Shown: piece after piece, positions 15,680 through 23,728 of the stretch
How positions within the stretch are numbered: the first letter of the stretch is position 1
How the letters are laid out: the number at the start of each line of letters is the position of its first letter
Source: Acutalibacteraceae bacterium
GTDB lineage: Bacteria; Bacillota; Clostridia; Oscillospirales; Acutalibacteraceae
Reading direction: 5' to 3'
Length of the DNA stretch: 34,569 nt
Assembly (NCBI GenBank): GCA_045119575.1
Contig: JBGVDX010000188.1
Span: 1 to 34,569, forward strand
The notes under the pieces: generated by a model
Seen by the model: only the letters and a program-made list of their open reading frames with translations
The model's database searches: none
Told to the model about the DNA's origin: nothing
Made by a program: the position numbers and the translations under genes

Positions 15680-15748
15680 TCATCGCCGGTATGGTGGACC
15701 GGAGCAGTGCGGGAAGAGCATCATGAGAAAGCTAATAAGCTTTTCCAT
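15680..15748 (-). CDS. Candidate 22-aa hydrophobic peptide (MEKLISFLMMLFPHCSGPPYRR) in the repressor leader
   Basis: GGGAGGTG lies 6 nt before the ATG on the minus strand. The ORF was hand-translated and is too short for the ORF track. Coding status is unproven. Confidence 0.3.
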   Translation of the reverse strand: MEKLISFLMMLFPHCSGPPYRR

Positions 15749-15818
15749 GAAAATCACCTCCCGTTTTTTTATTTGCAAAAACTACCGAAAAGGAAAAACT
15801 TAACGGCAATTATTGCAT

Positions 15819-15862
15819 AAGCAGTTAAAAAGGTGGCAGCCCTTAACTGCTTTTAGTATATA
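15819..15862 (+). terminator. Plus-strand hairpin plus U-rich tail about 50 nt upstream of the cro-like gene
   Basis: AAGCAGTTAA-14 nt-TTAACTGCTT forms a perfect 10-bp stem, followed by TTAGTATATAT. Confidence 0.45.
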
Positions 15863-15885
15863 TCGGTTTTCCGAAGTTGTCAACA
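15855..15885 (-). promoter_or_regulatory. Near-consensus sigma-A promoter pointing leftward (toward the repressor)
   Basis: Minus strand: TTGACA (15883-15878), 17 nt, TATACT (15860-15855). 25 of 31 positions are identical to the plus-strand promoter at 15541-15571 by hand alignment. Confidence 0.5.
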
Positions 15886-15911
15886 TTAAAAAAAGGAAGT
15901 GATAAAAATCA

Positions 15912-16103
15912 ATGTATGAAGTATTTGAGAAAAAAGCCAAAGAAAAGGGTGTAAACGCCTTTCAAGTGGCGAAAGCAACAGGAATTGCCAATTCGACTTT
16001 GTGTGAATGGAAGGCAGGGAGATACACACCCAAAATCGACAAGCTAATCAAACTTGCCGAATATTTCGGTTGTGATGTAATGGACTTTTACAAGAAAGGG
16101 TGA
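15912..16103 (+). CDS. Cro-like XRE-family HTH protein
   Basis: 63 aa. MYEVFEKKAKEKGVNAFQVAKATGIANSTLCEWKAGRYTPK is clearly paralogous to the repressor N-terminus. AGGAAGTGA RBS. Confidence 0.85.
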   Translation: MYEVFEKKAKEKGVNAFQVAKATGIANSTLCEWKAGRYTPKIDKLIKLAEYFGCDVMDFYKKG

Positions 16104-16112
16104 GTAAGAGAA

Positions 16113-16316
16113 ATGCAACTGATTAACGCGAATGAACCGCACAGGCTTGTGCTTCGTCGGAGAAAAATCAGACGTCAAGATGGGAGACCGGTTATCAGGG
16201 TATCGCCTGCGGTGTATCAGATACTTGCAGATTTGAGCGATGATACCGGGCATACGATTTCGGATATAGCAAGTGCGATGATTGAATTTGCATTAGAACG
16301 AACTGAAATTGAATAG
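16113..16316 (+). CDS. Small basic protein, possibly ribbon-helix-helix
   Basis: 67 aa with a basic N-terminus. RPVIRVSPAVYQILADLSDDTGHTISDIASAMIEFAL looks like strand-helix-helix. The fold call is tentative. Confidence 0.5.
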   Translation: MQLINANEPHRLVLRRRKIRRQDGRPVIRVSPAVYQILADLSDDTGHTISDIASAMIEFALERTEIE

Positions 16317-16327
16317 GAGTGATTATA

Positions 16328-16567
16328 ATGCCGGCACTTAGAAAGAATAAGGACCAAATAAGAGAAACTGAAATTAAAAAGTTATTTACAGCGGCTTTGC
16401 TTGATAAGGGCTGGACTCAAAAGCATTTGGCAAAGCTTCTGGGTATGGATTCAGGCAACCTCAGCCGAACAATCAATCATCCGTTGAAGCGTGAATTTCA
16501 TACTTTATTACGTATAGCGGACAAGCTCGGAGTTAATCTCGGCGAAGCATTATTAAAAAGTAATTGA
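16328..16567 (+). CDS. HTH DNA-binding protein
   Basis: AGGAG lies 8 nt before ATG 16328. WTQKHLAKLLGMDSGNLSRTINHP is an HTH. Confidence 0.65.
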   Translation: MPALRKNKDQIRETEIKKLFTAALLDKGWTQKHLAKLLGMDSGNLSRTINHPLKREFHTLLRIADKLGVNLGEALLKSN

Positions 16568-16583
16568 AAATCAAGGAGAGTGG

Positions 16584-16868
16584 GTGATTAAAATGCTGAC
16601 TATCGAACAGTACATAGCAATATGGTGTGGAGTGGTGCTTTTGATTAGTTTAATTTCAATGCGTGCAGAACGAAAACGGCATGTTAACGAAATTAAACGA
16701 TTAAAAGAACGACTCGATTTAGCAGAGGCCAATCGGGACCTATACGAGTCCGATGCGCGACACTATTATGAAGCATGGAAAAAAGAAAAAGAGCTTGCCG
16801 CGGCAAAACGCGGACAAGCCCAAAAGAAAAAAGATTCTGTGATTATAATACCAGAAAAAATTATTTGA
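16584..16868 (+). CDS. Membrane-anchored coiled-coil protein
   Basis: AAGGAGAG RBS. One TM helix (IAIWCGVVLLISLISM) followed by a charged coiled coil. The start is either GTG 16584 or ATG 16593. Confidence 0.55.
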   Translation: MIKMLTIEQYIAIWCGVVLLISLISMRAERKRHVNEIKRLKERLDLAEANRDLYESDARHYYEAWKKEKELAAAKRGQAQKKKDSVIIIPEKII

Positions 16869-16890
16869 GTCAAGAAAAGGGGAAATATTT

Positions 16891-17121
16891 ATGTATAAAA
16901 AAAGCGATTTTGCAAGAGATGCGTTAATTATTGTATCAAATGGCGATAGTTTGCGTGAGGATTATGAATATTATAACAAGCTGATTGATTATCTTGCTGA
17001 TAAGTTAGTAAGCGAATTAAACTCCGAAAAATGGGAACAGCGTTCAGAAGAAGAAAAGGCAAAACTCATTGAAGAATTAAAAAAAGACGCGGAGGAATCA
17101 ATAAATGAGCACACTATATAA
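16891..17121 (+). CDS. Small acidic hypothetical protein
   Basis: 76 aa, GGGG RBS, E/K-rich. Overlaps the next gene by 17 nt. Confidence 0.55.
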   Translation: MYKKSDFARDALIIVSNGDSLREDYEYYNKLIDYLADKLVSELNSEKWEQRSEEEKAKLIEELKKDAEESINEHTI

Positions 17122-17593
17122 ATTGTCAGCCGAATATAACGAAGTTCTTGAAATGATGGACAATCCCGACATCGATATTCAATGTATTCTTGATACTCTC
17201 GAAGGGATATCGGGGGAAATTGAAATCAAAGCAGATAATTACGCCAAGATAATTAAAGAATCCGAAGGAAAAGTCACCATGCTTGACAGCGAAATTAATA
17301 GGCTGGCCGAACGGAAAAATGCTATTAAGGCACGAGTAGCCGGTATGAAGCGGTCGTTAACATTGGCAATGAAGGCAGTAAATAAAGAGAAATTTAAAAC
17401 CGACCTTTTTTCTTTTGGTATTCAAAAAAACCCTCCATCTGTAATTATTGATAATCCGGATAGAGTGCCTGATAAATACTTAACACTGCAAGAGCCAACG
17501 GTAGATAAAAAAGGAATATTGGCTGCAATAAAAAGCGGAGAAACTATTGATTTTGCACACATAGAACAATCGGAAGGAGTGAGAATTAGATAA
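17105..17593 (+). CDS. Siphovirus Gp157-like protein
   Basis: Length, N-terminal Y..L......L and the central coiled coil fit my memory of the Gp157 family. It holds the typical position upstream of a Sak4-like ATPase. Confidence 0.65.
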   Translation: MSTLYKLSAEYNEVLEMMDNPDIDIQCILDTLEGISGEIEIKADNYAKIIKESEGKVTMLDSEINRLAERKNAIKARVAGMKRSLTLAMKAVNKEKFKTDLFSFGIQKNPPSVIIDNPDRVPDKYLTLQEPTVDKKGILAAIKSGETIDFAHIEQSEGVRIR

Positions 17594-18216
17594 TGGGAAT
17601 ACCTGTAATGATTTTAGGCGAAAGTGGAAGCGGCAAAAGCACATCTATGAGAAATTTTAAAGCCGGTGAGATAGGAATAATCAACGTGGGAAAAAAACCG
17701 TTACCTTTTCGTTCTCAAATAAAGCCGTTTAATAGCGACGATTATTCAAAAATAGTAACCGTTATGCAAAAAGCGACAACTAAATCTATTGTAATTGACG
17801 ACTGTCAATATCTTATGGCAAACGAATTTATGAGAAACGCAAAGGTGACGGGATTTCAGAAGTTTACTGATATTGCGCTTAATTTTTGGTCCCTTGTTCA
17901 GATTGTTATTGACCAGTTGCCTGAAGACGTTATCGTTTATTTTCTCGGTCATATTGAGAGAGATGCCAACGGCAACGAGAAATTTAAGACAATCGGTAAA
18001 ATGCTCGATGAAAAAATTACGATTGAGGGGTTATTTACGATTGTTCTGAAAACGGTTGTAAGTGATGGCAAGTATCAGTTTTCCACACAGACCAACGGAA
18101 TGGACACAGTTAAATCACCGCTCGGAATGTTTGACGAGCCGCTTATTGAAAACGATTTAAAAATGGTAGATGAAACTATCAGAGATTATTACAACATTAA
18201 AGGAGATAAAAAATAA
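17593..18216 (+). CDS. AAA_24 / Sak4-like RecA-fold ATPase
   Basis: Walker A ILGESGSGKSTS. Walker B-like SIVIDDCQY. Start overlaps the previous stop (ATAATG). Confidence 0.8.
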   Translation: MGIPVMILGESGSGKSTSMRNFKAGEIGIINVGKKPLPFRSQIKPFNSDDYSKIVTVMQKATTKSIVIDDCQYLMANEFMRNAKVTGFQKFTDIALNFWSLVQIVIDQLPEDVIVYFLGHIERDANGNEKFKTIGKMLDEKITIEGLFTIVLKTVVSDGKYQFSTQTNGMDTVKSPLGMFDEPLIENDLKMVDETIRDYYNIKGDKK

Positions 18217-18806
18217 TGAAAGCATTTAATGGATATGAAGAAGTAAAGGCAGCTACCGAAAGAGTAACATTGCCAAAAGGTGGCTATGTAGTAAAGATTA
18301 AGGCAGCTCAGGTAAAGACTTATCAGGGACAAAACGGTGAATTTGAAAAGCTTGAAATCGCTTTTGATATTGCCGAAGGTGAATACAAGGGCTATTTCCA
18401 AAATGATTTTGATAATCAGAATACAGAGGACAAGCGTTGGAAGGGTGTCCTTCGCCAGTACATACCGATAGATGACGGAAGCGAAAAGGATGCGAGAACA
18501 AAATCGTATTTCAAGGCGATGATTGAAGCTATCGAGGATAGCAATTCCGGTTATCACTGGGACTGGGATGAAAAGAAATTAAAAGGCAAGATTGTCGGTT
18601 GTTTATTCCGTCTTGAAGAATGGGAATGGGACGGCAAAAGCGGATGGAAAACTGCTGCTCTCAAGTTCATTGAAGCACAGAAAATCAGAGATGGAAAATT
18701 CAAGGTGCCGAATGATAAACCTTTAAATACAAACAATCAGACGACATTTACTCAGCTTAATCCGCTTGATGTTAGCGCGGATGATGACGAGGACCTTCCG
18801 TTCTGA
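18216..18806 (+). CDS. DUF669-type single-strand DNA-binding-like protein
   Basis: N-terminal beta-rich LPKGGYVVKIKAA... pattern and the hallmark acidic SSB-type tail DDDEDLPF at the C-terminus. Confidence 0.75.
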   Translation: MKAFNGYEEVKAATERVTLPKGGYVVKIKAAQVKTYQGQNGEFEKLEIAFDIAEGEYKGYFQNDFDNQNTEDKRWKGVLRQYIPIDDGSEKDARTKSYFKAMIEAIEDSNSGYHWDWDEKKLKGKIVGCLFRLEEWEWDGKSGWKTAALKFIEAQKIRDGKFKVPNDKPLNTNNQTTFTQLNPLDVSADDDEDLPF

Positions 18807-19324
18807 TGGATATTTTTGAAATCAATGAAGCTCTTGATAACATAACATTATTAGTTGACACAAGAGAGCAAGAAACGGCTGCTTTAAAAAAAAGACTTGA
18901 ACAAACAGGATTGCCGTATAAACGAGAAAAACTCGACTTTGGCGATTATTCAGCGATGTGTGAGGCTGGCGGAAAAAAATATGATTTCCGCCAAGTTCTC
19001 GCCATTGAAAGAAAAATGAGTCTTGACGAAATATGCGGCTGTTTTTGTAAAGGTCGCGGACGCTTCACAAGAGAATTTGAACGAGCGGCTGATTCAGGAG
19101 CAAAAATATATTTATTAATTGAAAACGCAAGCTGGGAAGCGGCATATGCAGGTAAATATCGCAGTCAAATGAATTCTAAGGCGTTTACTGCGAGTTTGCT
19201 CGCATGGTTAGCGCGATATAATTGTCAACTAATATTTTGCAAAGCGGAAACAAGCGGTAAGCTGATAGCGGATATTCTATATAGAGAAATAAAAGAACGT
19301 TTGGAGGGGGCAGCGGATGAATAA
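18806..19324 (+). CDS. ERCC4 (XPF/Mus81-like) nuclease domain protein
   Basis: Motif series LLVDTREQE ... FGDYS ... [11 protein letters not shown] matches the ERCC4 signature (DxRE, GDY, ERKxxxD). Confidence 0.75.
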   Translation: MDIFEINEALDNITLLVDTREQETAALKKRLEQTGLPYKREKLDFGDYSAMCEAGGKKYDFRQVLAIERKMSLDEICGCFCKGRGRFTREFERAADSGAKIYLLIENASWEAAYAGKYRSQMNSKAFTASLLAWLARYNCQLIFCKAETSGKLIADILYREIKERLEGAADE

Positions 19325-19808
19325 TATCGATATTACGGCTATTAAAACTCGATATACCATGAAGGATATTATTAATAGACTGGGAATTGAAATAGACCGA
19401 AAGGATTTTATCTGCTGTCCTTTTCATAACGAAAAAACGCCGTCATTTAAGGTGTATGATTACTCGTTTTATTGTTTCGGTTGCGGGGTAGGCGGCGACA
19501 TAATAGATTTCGTTAAGCGTTATCTTAATCTATCTTTTTCGGAAGCCGTTGAATATCTTGGCGGTGCGGCTCTTTCTTTTTCGGAACAGAGAAAGTTAAT
19601 GAATCGCAAACGAGATTATGACAAAGCAAAAGGCGAGGAACAAGAGCGTAAGCAGAAATACGACGCTTTAATGGACGAATGGACGCGGCTCGATAAGCAG
19701 CGTAAAGAATTTGCTCCGGTTAATCAATTTGAGCAACCTGACGAAAGATTTATCGAAGCTATAAAAGAGCTTCCGCGAATAGAGCATGAGCTCGACAACT
19801 TAAAATAA
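19317..19808 (+). CDS. Stand-alone DnaG-type CHC2 zinc-finger protein (no TOPRIM domain)
   Basis: [15 protein letters not shown]...[14 protein letters not shown] is the CHC2 primase zinc finger. The remaining 90 aa are a charged coiled coil. Confidence 0.8.
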   Translation: MNNIDITAIKTRYTMKDIINRLGIEIDRKDFICCPFHNEKTPSFKVYDYSFYCFGCGVGGDIIDFVKRYLNLSFSEAVEYLGGAALSFSEQRKLMNRKRDYDKAKGEEQERKQKYDALMDEWTRLDKQRKEFAPVNQFEQPDERFIEAIKELPRIEHELDNLK

Positions 19809-19833
19809 CCCCTTTTGAAAAGAGGCGAAAAAA

Positions 19834-21717
19834 TTGGAACTCAATTTTGATATAAATATGCTTACGGCCGAGAGTATTTTGTCGGACGAGCTTTTAAGCG
19901 AGGTTTTTGACGAGGACGATGCCGTTTATCAGACAAGAGCGCTAATGGCGTTGGAGGATAGGGCGGCTCAGCTTGGAGTAAAAACCAAATTCACGAAGCT
20001 TGTCAGCGCGTATAAATCGGCAAAGCGCGAGTTTATTAAGGCGAATAAGAATAATCGCCATACACTTGAAAATTTTACGAATTTCGGTAGCGACAAATAC
20101 CCCGACGTTTATTGTGGGAACTGGGTAGCCGATGAAAGCGGAGTAAGGACCTACGATAACACGGGCGTTAAGCTCGCTTGTTATCACCCGATATTACCGG
20201 TTGAAGTCCTTACCAACGTCGAGACAAACATCCAAAAGGTAACACTTGCATTTTGCCGCAAGGGGAGATGGCGCAAGGTTACGGTACCGAAATCGATAGT
20301 TAGTAACAACAATAAAATAGTTGCATTGGCTGATTTAGGTATTTCGGTCACATCGGATAATGCAAAGCACCTTGTAAGATATCTTGCCGACGTTGAAAAC
20401 GAGGGGCTTATAAGAGGAACAATCCCCGAAAGATTATCGACCGCAAAAATGGGATGGATTGACGGAAAATTCATGCCGTATGATTGCGAATACGAATTTG
20501 ACGCAGAAAGCCAATTTCGCGACAATTTTAAAGCGATTGATAAAAAAGGCAAACGTGATAAATGGTTTAACTTTATGCTCGAAATGAGGCAAAAACGGAG
20601 ACCTGAGCTACGTTTTATGATGTCGGCGGCATTCGCTTCGGTGATTGTTAAACTATGTAATGCGCTACCATTTTGGGCGAGTTTATGGGGAGAAAGCGGC
20701 GGCGGTAAAACATTGTGCTTAATGTGTGCCGCCTCGATATTTGCGGACCCCTGTAACTATAAGTACATAGCAGATTGCCGTCAGACAGACGTATCAATGG
20801 AATTAAGGGCAAGTTTTTTAAACAATCTTCCTTTAATGCTTGACGATACGGCAACAGTTAAAGAAAAATACGGAGACGATTTTTCAAAGTTGATTTACTC
20901 GCTTGCATCGGGCAAGGGTAAAGGACGAGCTACACGTGATTTAGGACTACGAAACGAGGAAACCTGGTGTAATACGGTGCTGATTACCGGTGAACGAGCT
21001 TTATCGACAGAAAACCTGCAGGGCGGCGCAATTAACCGTGTTCTTGATTTTGAAATGCAGGAAGGGGCTATTTTCGAAGATGGTCCGGGTGTTGTTAACC
21101 TGCTCCGGAGTAATTACGGTTTCGCCGGCGAGGAATTTGTTGAAGCGGTTAATGAAATCGGGGTAGAGGGCATTAGAGAAATGCAAAAAGAAATACTCTC
21201 CGATATTCAAAACAGAGATACGGACAAGCTCGAAAAGCAGTCAATCAGCTTGTCAATTCTTATGGCGGCCGATAAAATTGCTACCGATTATCTGTTTAAA
21301 GACGGAATTTATCTTACTTATAACGAGGTTAAGCAGGTGCTCGTTGACCGTTCTGATATGTCAGAGAACGAACGTTGCTATGAATACGTACTCGGTGAAA
21401 TAGCAATCAATGCGGCTAAATTTACCACCAACAGCTTCGGAGACAGACCAATGGAGCAATATGGTGAATTTGAGAAAAATGAAGATGGCAGCCATTACGC
21501 TGTTATTTATGCAAACGTTTTTAATGCCATGTGTAAAAAAGGCGGATATTCGGCCAAAACCTTTTTATCCTGGGCGGCAAAAAATGGGCGCATAAGGTGT
21601 CAAGCTGACCGGCATACCAAGGTTAAAAAGGTGAACGGTGCAGCAGTCAGATGTGTGTATTTGCTCATTAAAGAAGCTGATGAAATAATACATTCAGACG
21701 AAGATTTACCGATGTAA
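19834..21717 (+). CDS. DUF927/VirE-like P-loop replicative helicase (primase-helicase family)
   Basis: TTG start with AGAGG RBS. Walker A LWGESGGGKTL. Walker B-like LPLMLDDT. The size and position after a CHC2 protein are typical. Confidence 0.7.
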   Translation: MELNFDINMLTAESILSDELLSEVFDEDDAVYQTRALMALEDRAAQLGVKTKFTKLVSAYKSAKREFIKANKNNRHTLENFTNFGSDKYPDVYCGNWVADESGVRTYDNTGVKLACYHPILPVEVLTNVETNIQKVTLAFCRKGRWRKVTVPKSIVSNNNKIVALADLGISVTSDNAKHLVRYLADVENEGLIRGTIPERLSTAKMGWIDGKFMPYDCEYEFDAESQFRDNFKAIDKKGKRDKWFNFMLEMRQKRRPELRFMMSAAFASVIVKLCNALPFWASLWGESGGGKTLCLMCAASIFADPCNYKYIADCRQTDVSMELRASFLNNLPLMLDDTATVKEKYGDDFSKLIYSLASGKGKGRATRDLGLRNEETWCNTVLITGERALSTENLQGGAINRVLDFEMQEGAIFEDGPGVVNLLRSNYGFAGEEFVEAVNEIGVEGIREMQKEILSDIQNRDTDKLEKQSISLSILMAADKIATDYLFKDGIYLTYNEVKQVLVDRSDMSENERCYEYVLGEIAINAAKFTTNSFGDRPMEQYGEFEKNEDGSHYAVIYANVFNAMCKKGGYSAKTFLSWAAKNGRIRCQADRHTKVKKVNGAAVRCVYLLIKEADEIIHSDEDLPM

Positions 21718-21729
21718 AACGAGACATAA

Positions 21730-21921
21730 GTTACCGAGGTTACCGGAGTTACCAAAAAATAAAGGTACTTATAGAAAAAATAAAAATTCTGAATTTTCTT
21801 AATTTTATTTTTTTTCTTATAGCACATTTTTAGAAATTTTGGTAACCAAGTGCCGCAAACCGTTTAATCTCAATGGTTTTGACGGTTACCAAACGTCGGT
21901 AACCTTTGGTAACTGGGTAAC
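21730..21921. repeat. Candidate replication origin: eight GGTAAC/GTTACC hexamers flanking an ~85-bp AT-rich core
   Basis: GTTACC at 21730, 21739, 21748 (9-nt phasing) and 21885. GGTAAC at 21841, 21898, 21908 and 21916. Positions 21754-21840 are almost entirely A/T. No credible coding potential. Confidence 0.5.
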
Positions 21922-21940
21922 GATTAAGAGGTAAAAAACG

Positions 21941-22141
21941 ATGCAAGTTAGTGAAATTAAGGCGAATATACTTAAACCGGTAATGTATCGAGATATTCGG
22001 TGGATTCTCGTTGAATACATATACTGGGTTGACGAAAAAGAACGTAAGTCAAGACACTCTGTTAGACTTCGCGAGGAGAGTAACAACAAAGTCTTTTGTC
22101 GAGCTCCGATAGATGAAGTGGAGGTTATCGAAAATGGATAA
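21941..22141 (+). CDS. Hypothetical protein
   Basis: 66 aa with AAGAGG RBS. First gene of a tightly packed same-strand array. Confidence 0.55.
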   Translation: MQVSEIKANILKPVMYRDIRWILVEYIYWVDEKERKSRHSVRLREESNNKVFCRAPIDEVEVIENG

Positions 22142-22313
22142 AAACGAATTATTAAATCTTCCGAAAGAGGATTTGATATGGATGATTGAAATGTTGAGGA
22201 TATCGAGAGACACTTTGGCGGCAGATAATATCAGGTTAAGAAATATAATCGCAAGTAAAGAAACGGTCGATTATATGAAAGACGTTGCAAGGAGAGCTGT
22301 GAAAAATGGTTAA
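22134..22313 (+). CDS. Hypothetical helical protein
   Basis: GGAGG lies 9 nt before ATG 22134, which overlaps the previous stop. Helical/coiled sequence. Confidence 0.5.
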   Translation: MDKNELLNLPKEDLIWMIEMLRISRDTLAADNIRLRNIIASKETVDYMKDVARRAVKNG

Positions 22314-22506
22314 ACGTGAAAGCGGTTGTGTAAGTTGCGGTTTGCCGTGCTTGGGTAGAGCTTGTCCGCACTATGAGGAAATAACGCTTGTTTGCGATGA
22401 ATGCGGTCACAGCGTTGATGATTTGTATGAATACGACGGCGAGCAATTATGCGAAGAATGCTTGATTAATAATTTTACGAAGGTGGATGTTGAGAATGAA
22501 GTTTAA
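22306..22506 (+). CDS. Small zinc-ribbon protein
   Basis: CVSCGLPC...C and CDECGH...CEEC Cys pairs. Start overlaps the previous stop. Confidence 0.6.
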   Translation: MVKRESGCVSCGLPCLGRACPHYEEITLVCDECGHSVDDLYEYDGEQLCEECLINNFTKVDVENEV

Positions 22507-22843
22507 AAATCAAAATCAAAGAAAAGAATTTGTAGAAAATTATAAAAAGTGGGGATTATGGTTTGAGGTCCCCGAATTAGAAATGAAATATTACAGATTT
22601 ATATTGCCGGATAGTACACAGATTATCGTTTCGGAATACAAAAACAAGTATTACGATTATTTCTCTAAAACTAATAAAGAACGGAATCTTGTTCATTATC
22701 ATTTGGTAGTTTCTGATGACGTTAAGTGGCCGGCTGCTTCTTATACCGCAGGCAACGAATTTAAACGTTTCAGCCCTAACGGATGCGGCATCTCGACCAT
22801 TATTAAATATTTGACCGATACCAAACCGGAAATAGAATTATAA
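22496..22843 (+). CDS. Hypothetical protein
   Basis: 115-118 aa. AAGGTGG precedes ATG 22496 by 9 nt. ATG 22487 is also possible. Confidence 0.55.
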   Translation: MKFKNQNQRKEFVENYKKWGLWFEVPELEMKYYRFILPDSTQIIVSEYKNKYYDYFSKTNKERNLVHYHLVVSDDVKWPAASYTAGNEFKRFSPNGCGISTIIKYLTDTKPEIEL

Positions 22844-22858
22844 AAAAGGAGATTTAAT

Positions 22859-23188
22859 ATGGGACAGATTATAAAGATTAAACCGAATGGAATGGTTGAA
22901 CAGATTGATTGCGAGGATATCACGCTTGATTATTTGCAATCAGAGGTTGACGGATATATCGAAACGGTACGAATTAAAGATGCGCCGGGCAGATGCCTGA
23001 TAATGATAATCGACGAGGAAGGAAAGCTGAAAAACAAGCCGGTTAATGAATTAGCAGGTGATATTGCTTATATCAGGTTTGATGATTATATTGTCGGAGA
23101 TGCGATTATTGTTAAAGAGCAAGACGATGATTTTGTGCCTTTAACGGATGATGAAGCTAATAAGTTTATGGATTGGTTGGGTGAATGA
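22859..23188 (+). CDS. DUF3846-like protein
   Basis: The pattern ...DYLQSEVDGYIETV...LIMIIDEEGKLKNKPVN...IVGDAIIV...F.PLTDDE matches my memory of DUF3846. GGAG RBS. Confidence 0.6.
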   Translation: MGQIIKIKPNGMVEQIDCEDITLDYLQSEVDGYIETVRIKDAPGRCLIMIIDEEGKLKNKPVNELAGDIAYIRFDDYIVGDAIIVKEQDDDFVPLTDDEANKFMDWLGE

Positions 23189-23189
23189 A

Positions 23190-23399
23190 ATGACAAATTT
23201 TGAAAAGATAAAAGCGATGGGTGTTGAGGAATTGGCGGAATACATAGATAAGCATGATGACGCGTTGTGCGATAAGATTTGTAACGCTGTTTGGAAACAA
23301 CATCATAGATGCCCCGATGGTATCGATGATGAATCTGTCGAACGCGATTGTTGTGTCAGGTGTATAAAAAAATGGCTTGAAAGTGAGGTAGACACTTAA
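23190..23399 (+). CDS. Small Cys-rich protein
   Basis: ATG 23190 lies just after the previous stop. MTNFEKIKAMGVEELAEYI... with C..C and CC..C clusters. Confidence 0.55.
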   Translation: MTNFEKIKAMGVEELAEYIDKHDDALCDKICNAVWKQHHRCPDGIDDESVERDCCVRCIKKWLESEVDT

Positions 23400-23728
23400 T
23401 GAATAACAAACTATCAAAACAATTAACAACAGCTTGGCACAAAGGATTTGAGGAGGGTTTATGGTCGGGCGAAATGCTGATGATAGATATATATTCAGTA
23501 GCATTATATAATTGTGACGGTTATGGCAAGACCAATCATGGAAAGTGGGACAGGCTCGGCGCCGAAATTCAACGTATCAATGACGAGCTTATGAGTAGTG
23601 ATAAGGACGAAGTAGAAATTGGCTTTGAGCATTTAATCAATGCACTTGCAAAGATATTCGGCGAGGACAGACGGAAAGAGTTTGAACATAAGTATAGAAA
23701 GTTGATTTATCAGAGGAGTGAGAAATAA
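23399..23728 (+). CDS. Hypothetical protein
   Basis: 109 aa with a TAATG stop-start overlap. Confidence 0.55.
   Translation: MNNKLSKQLTTAWHKGFEEGLWSGEMLMIDIYSVALYNCDGYGKTNHGKWDRLGAEIQRINDELMSSDKDEVEIGFEHLINALAKIFGEDRRKEFEHKYRKLIYQRSEK

Noticed and set aside
16113-16567. Small ORF followed by an HTH gene, read as an anti-CRISPR/aca-like pair or as an excisionase
   Set aside because: Nothing supports this beyond gene size and order. The position right after cro fits ordinary early regulators. No excisionase could be identified with confidence anywhere in the window.
21730-21921. CRISPR-like or other long-repeat array
   Set aside because: The repeats are only 6-7 nt long with 8-10-nt phasing and mixed orientation. 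There are no spacer-sized unique units. The interval is interpreted as iterons.
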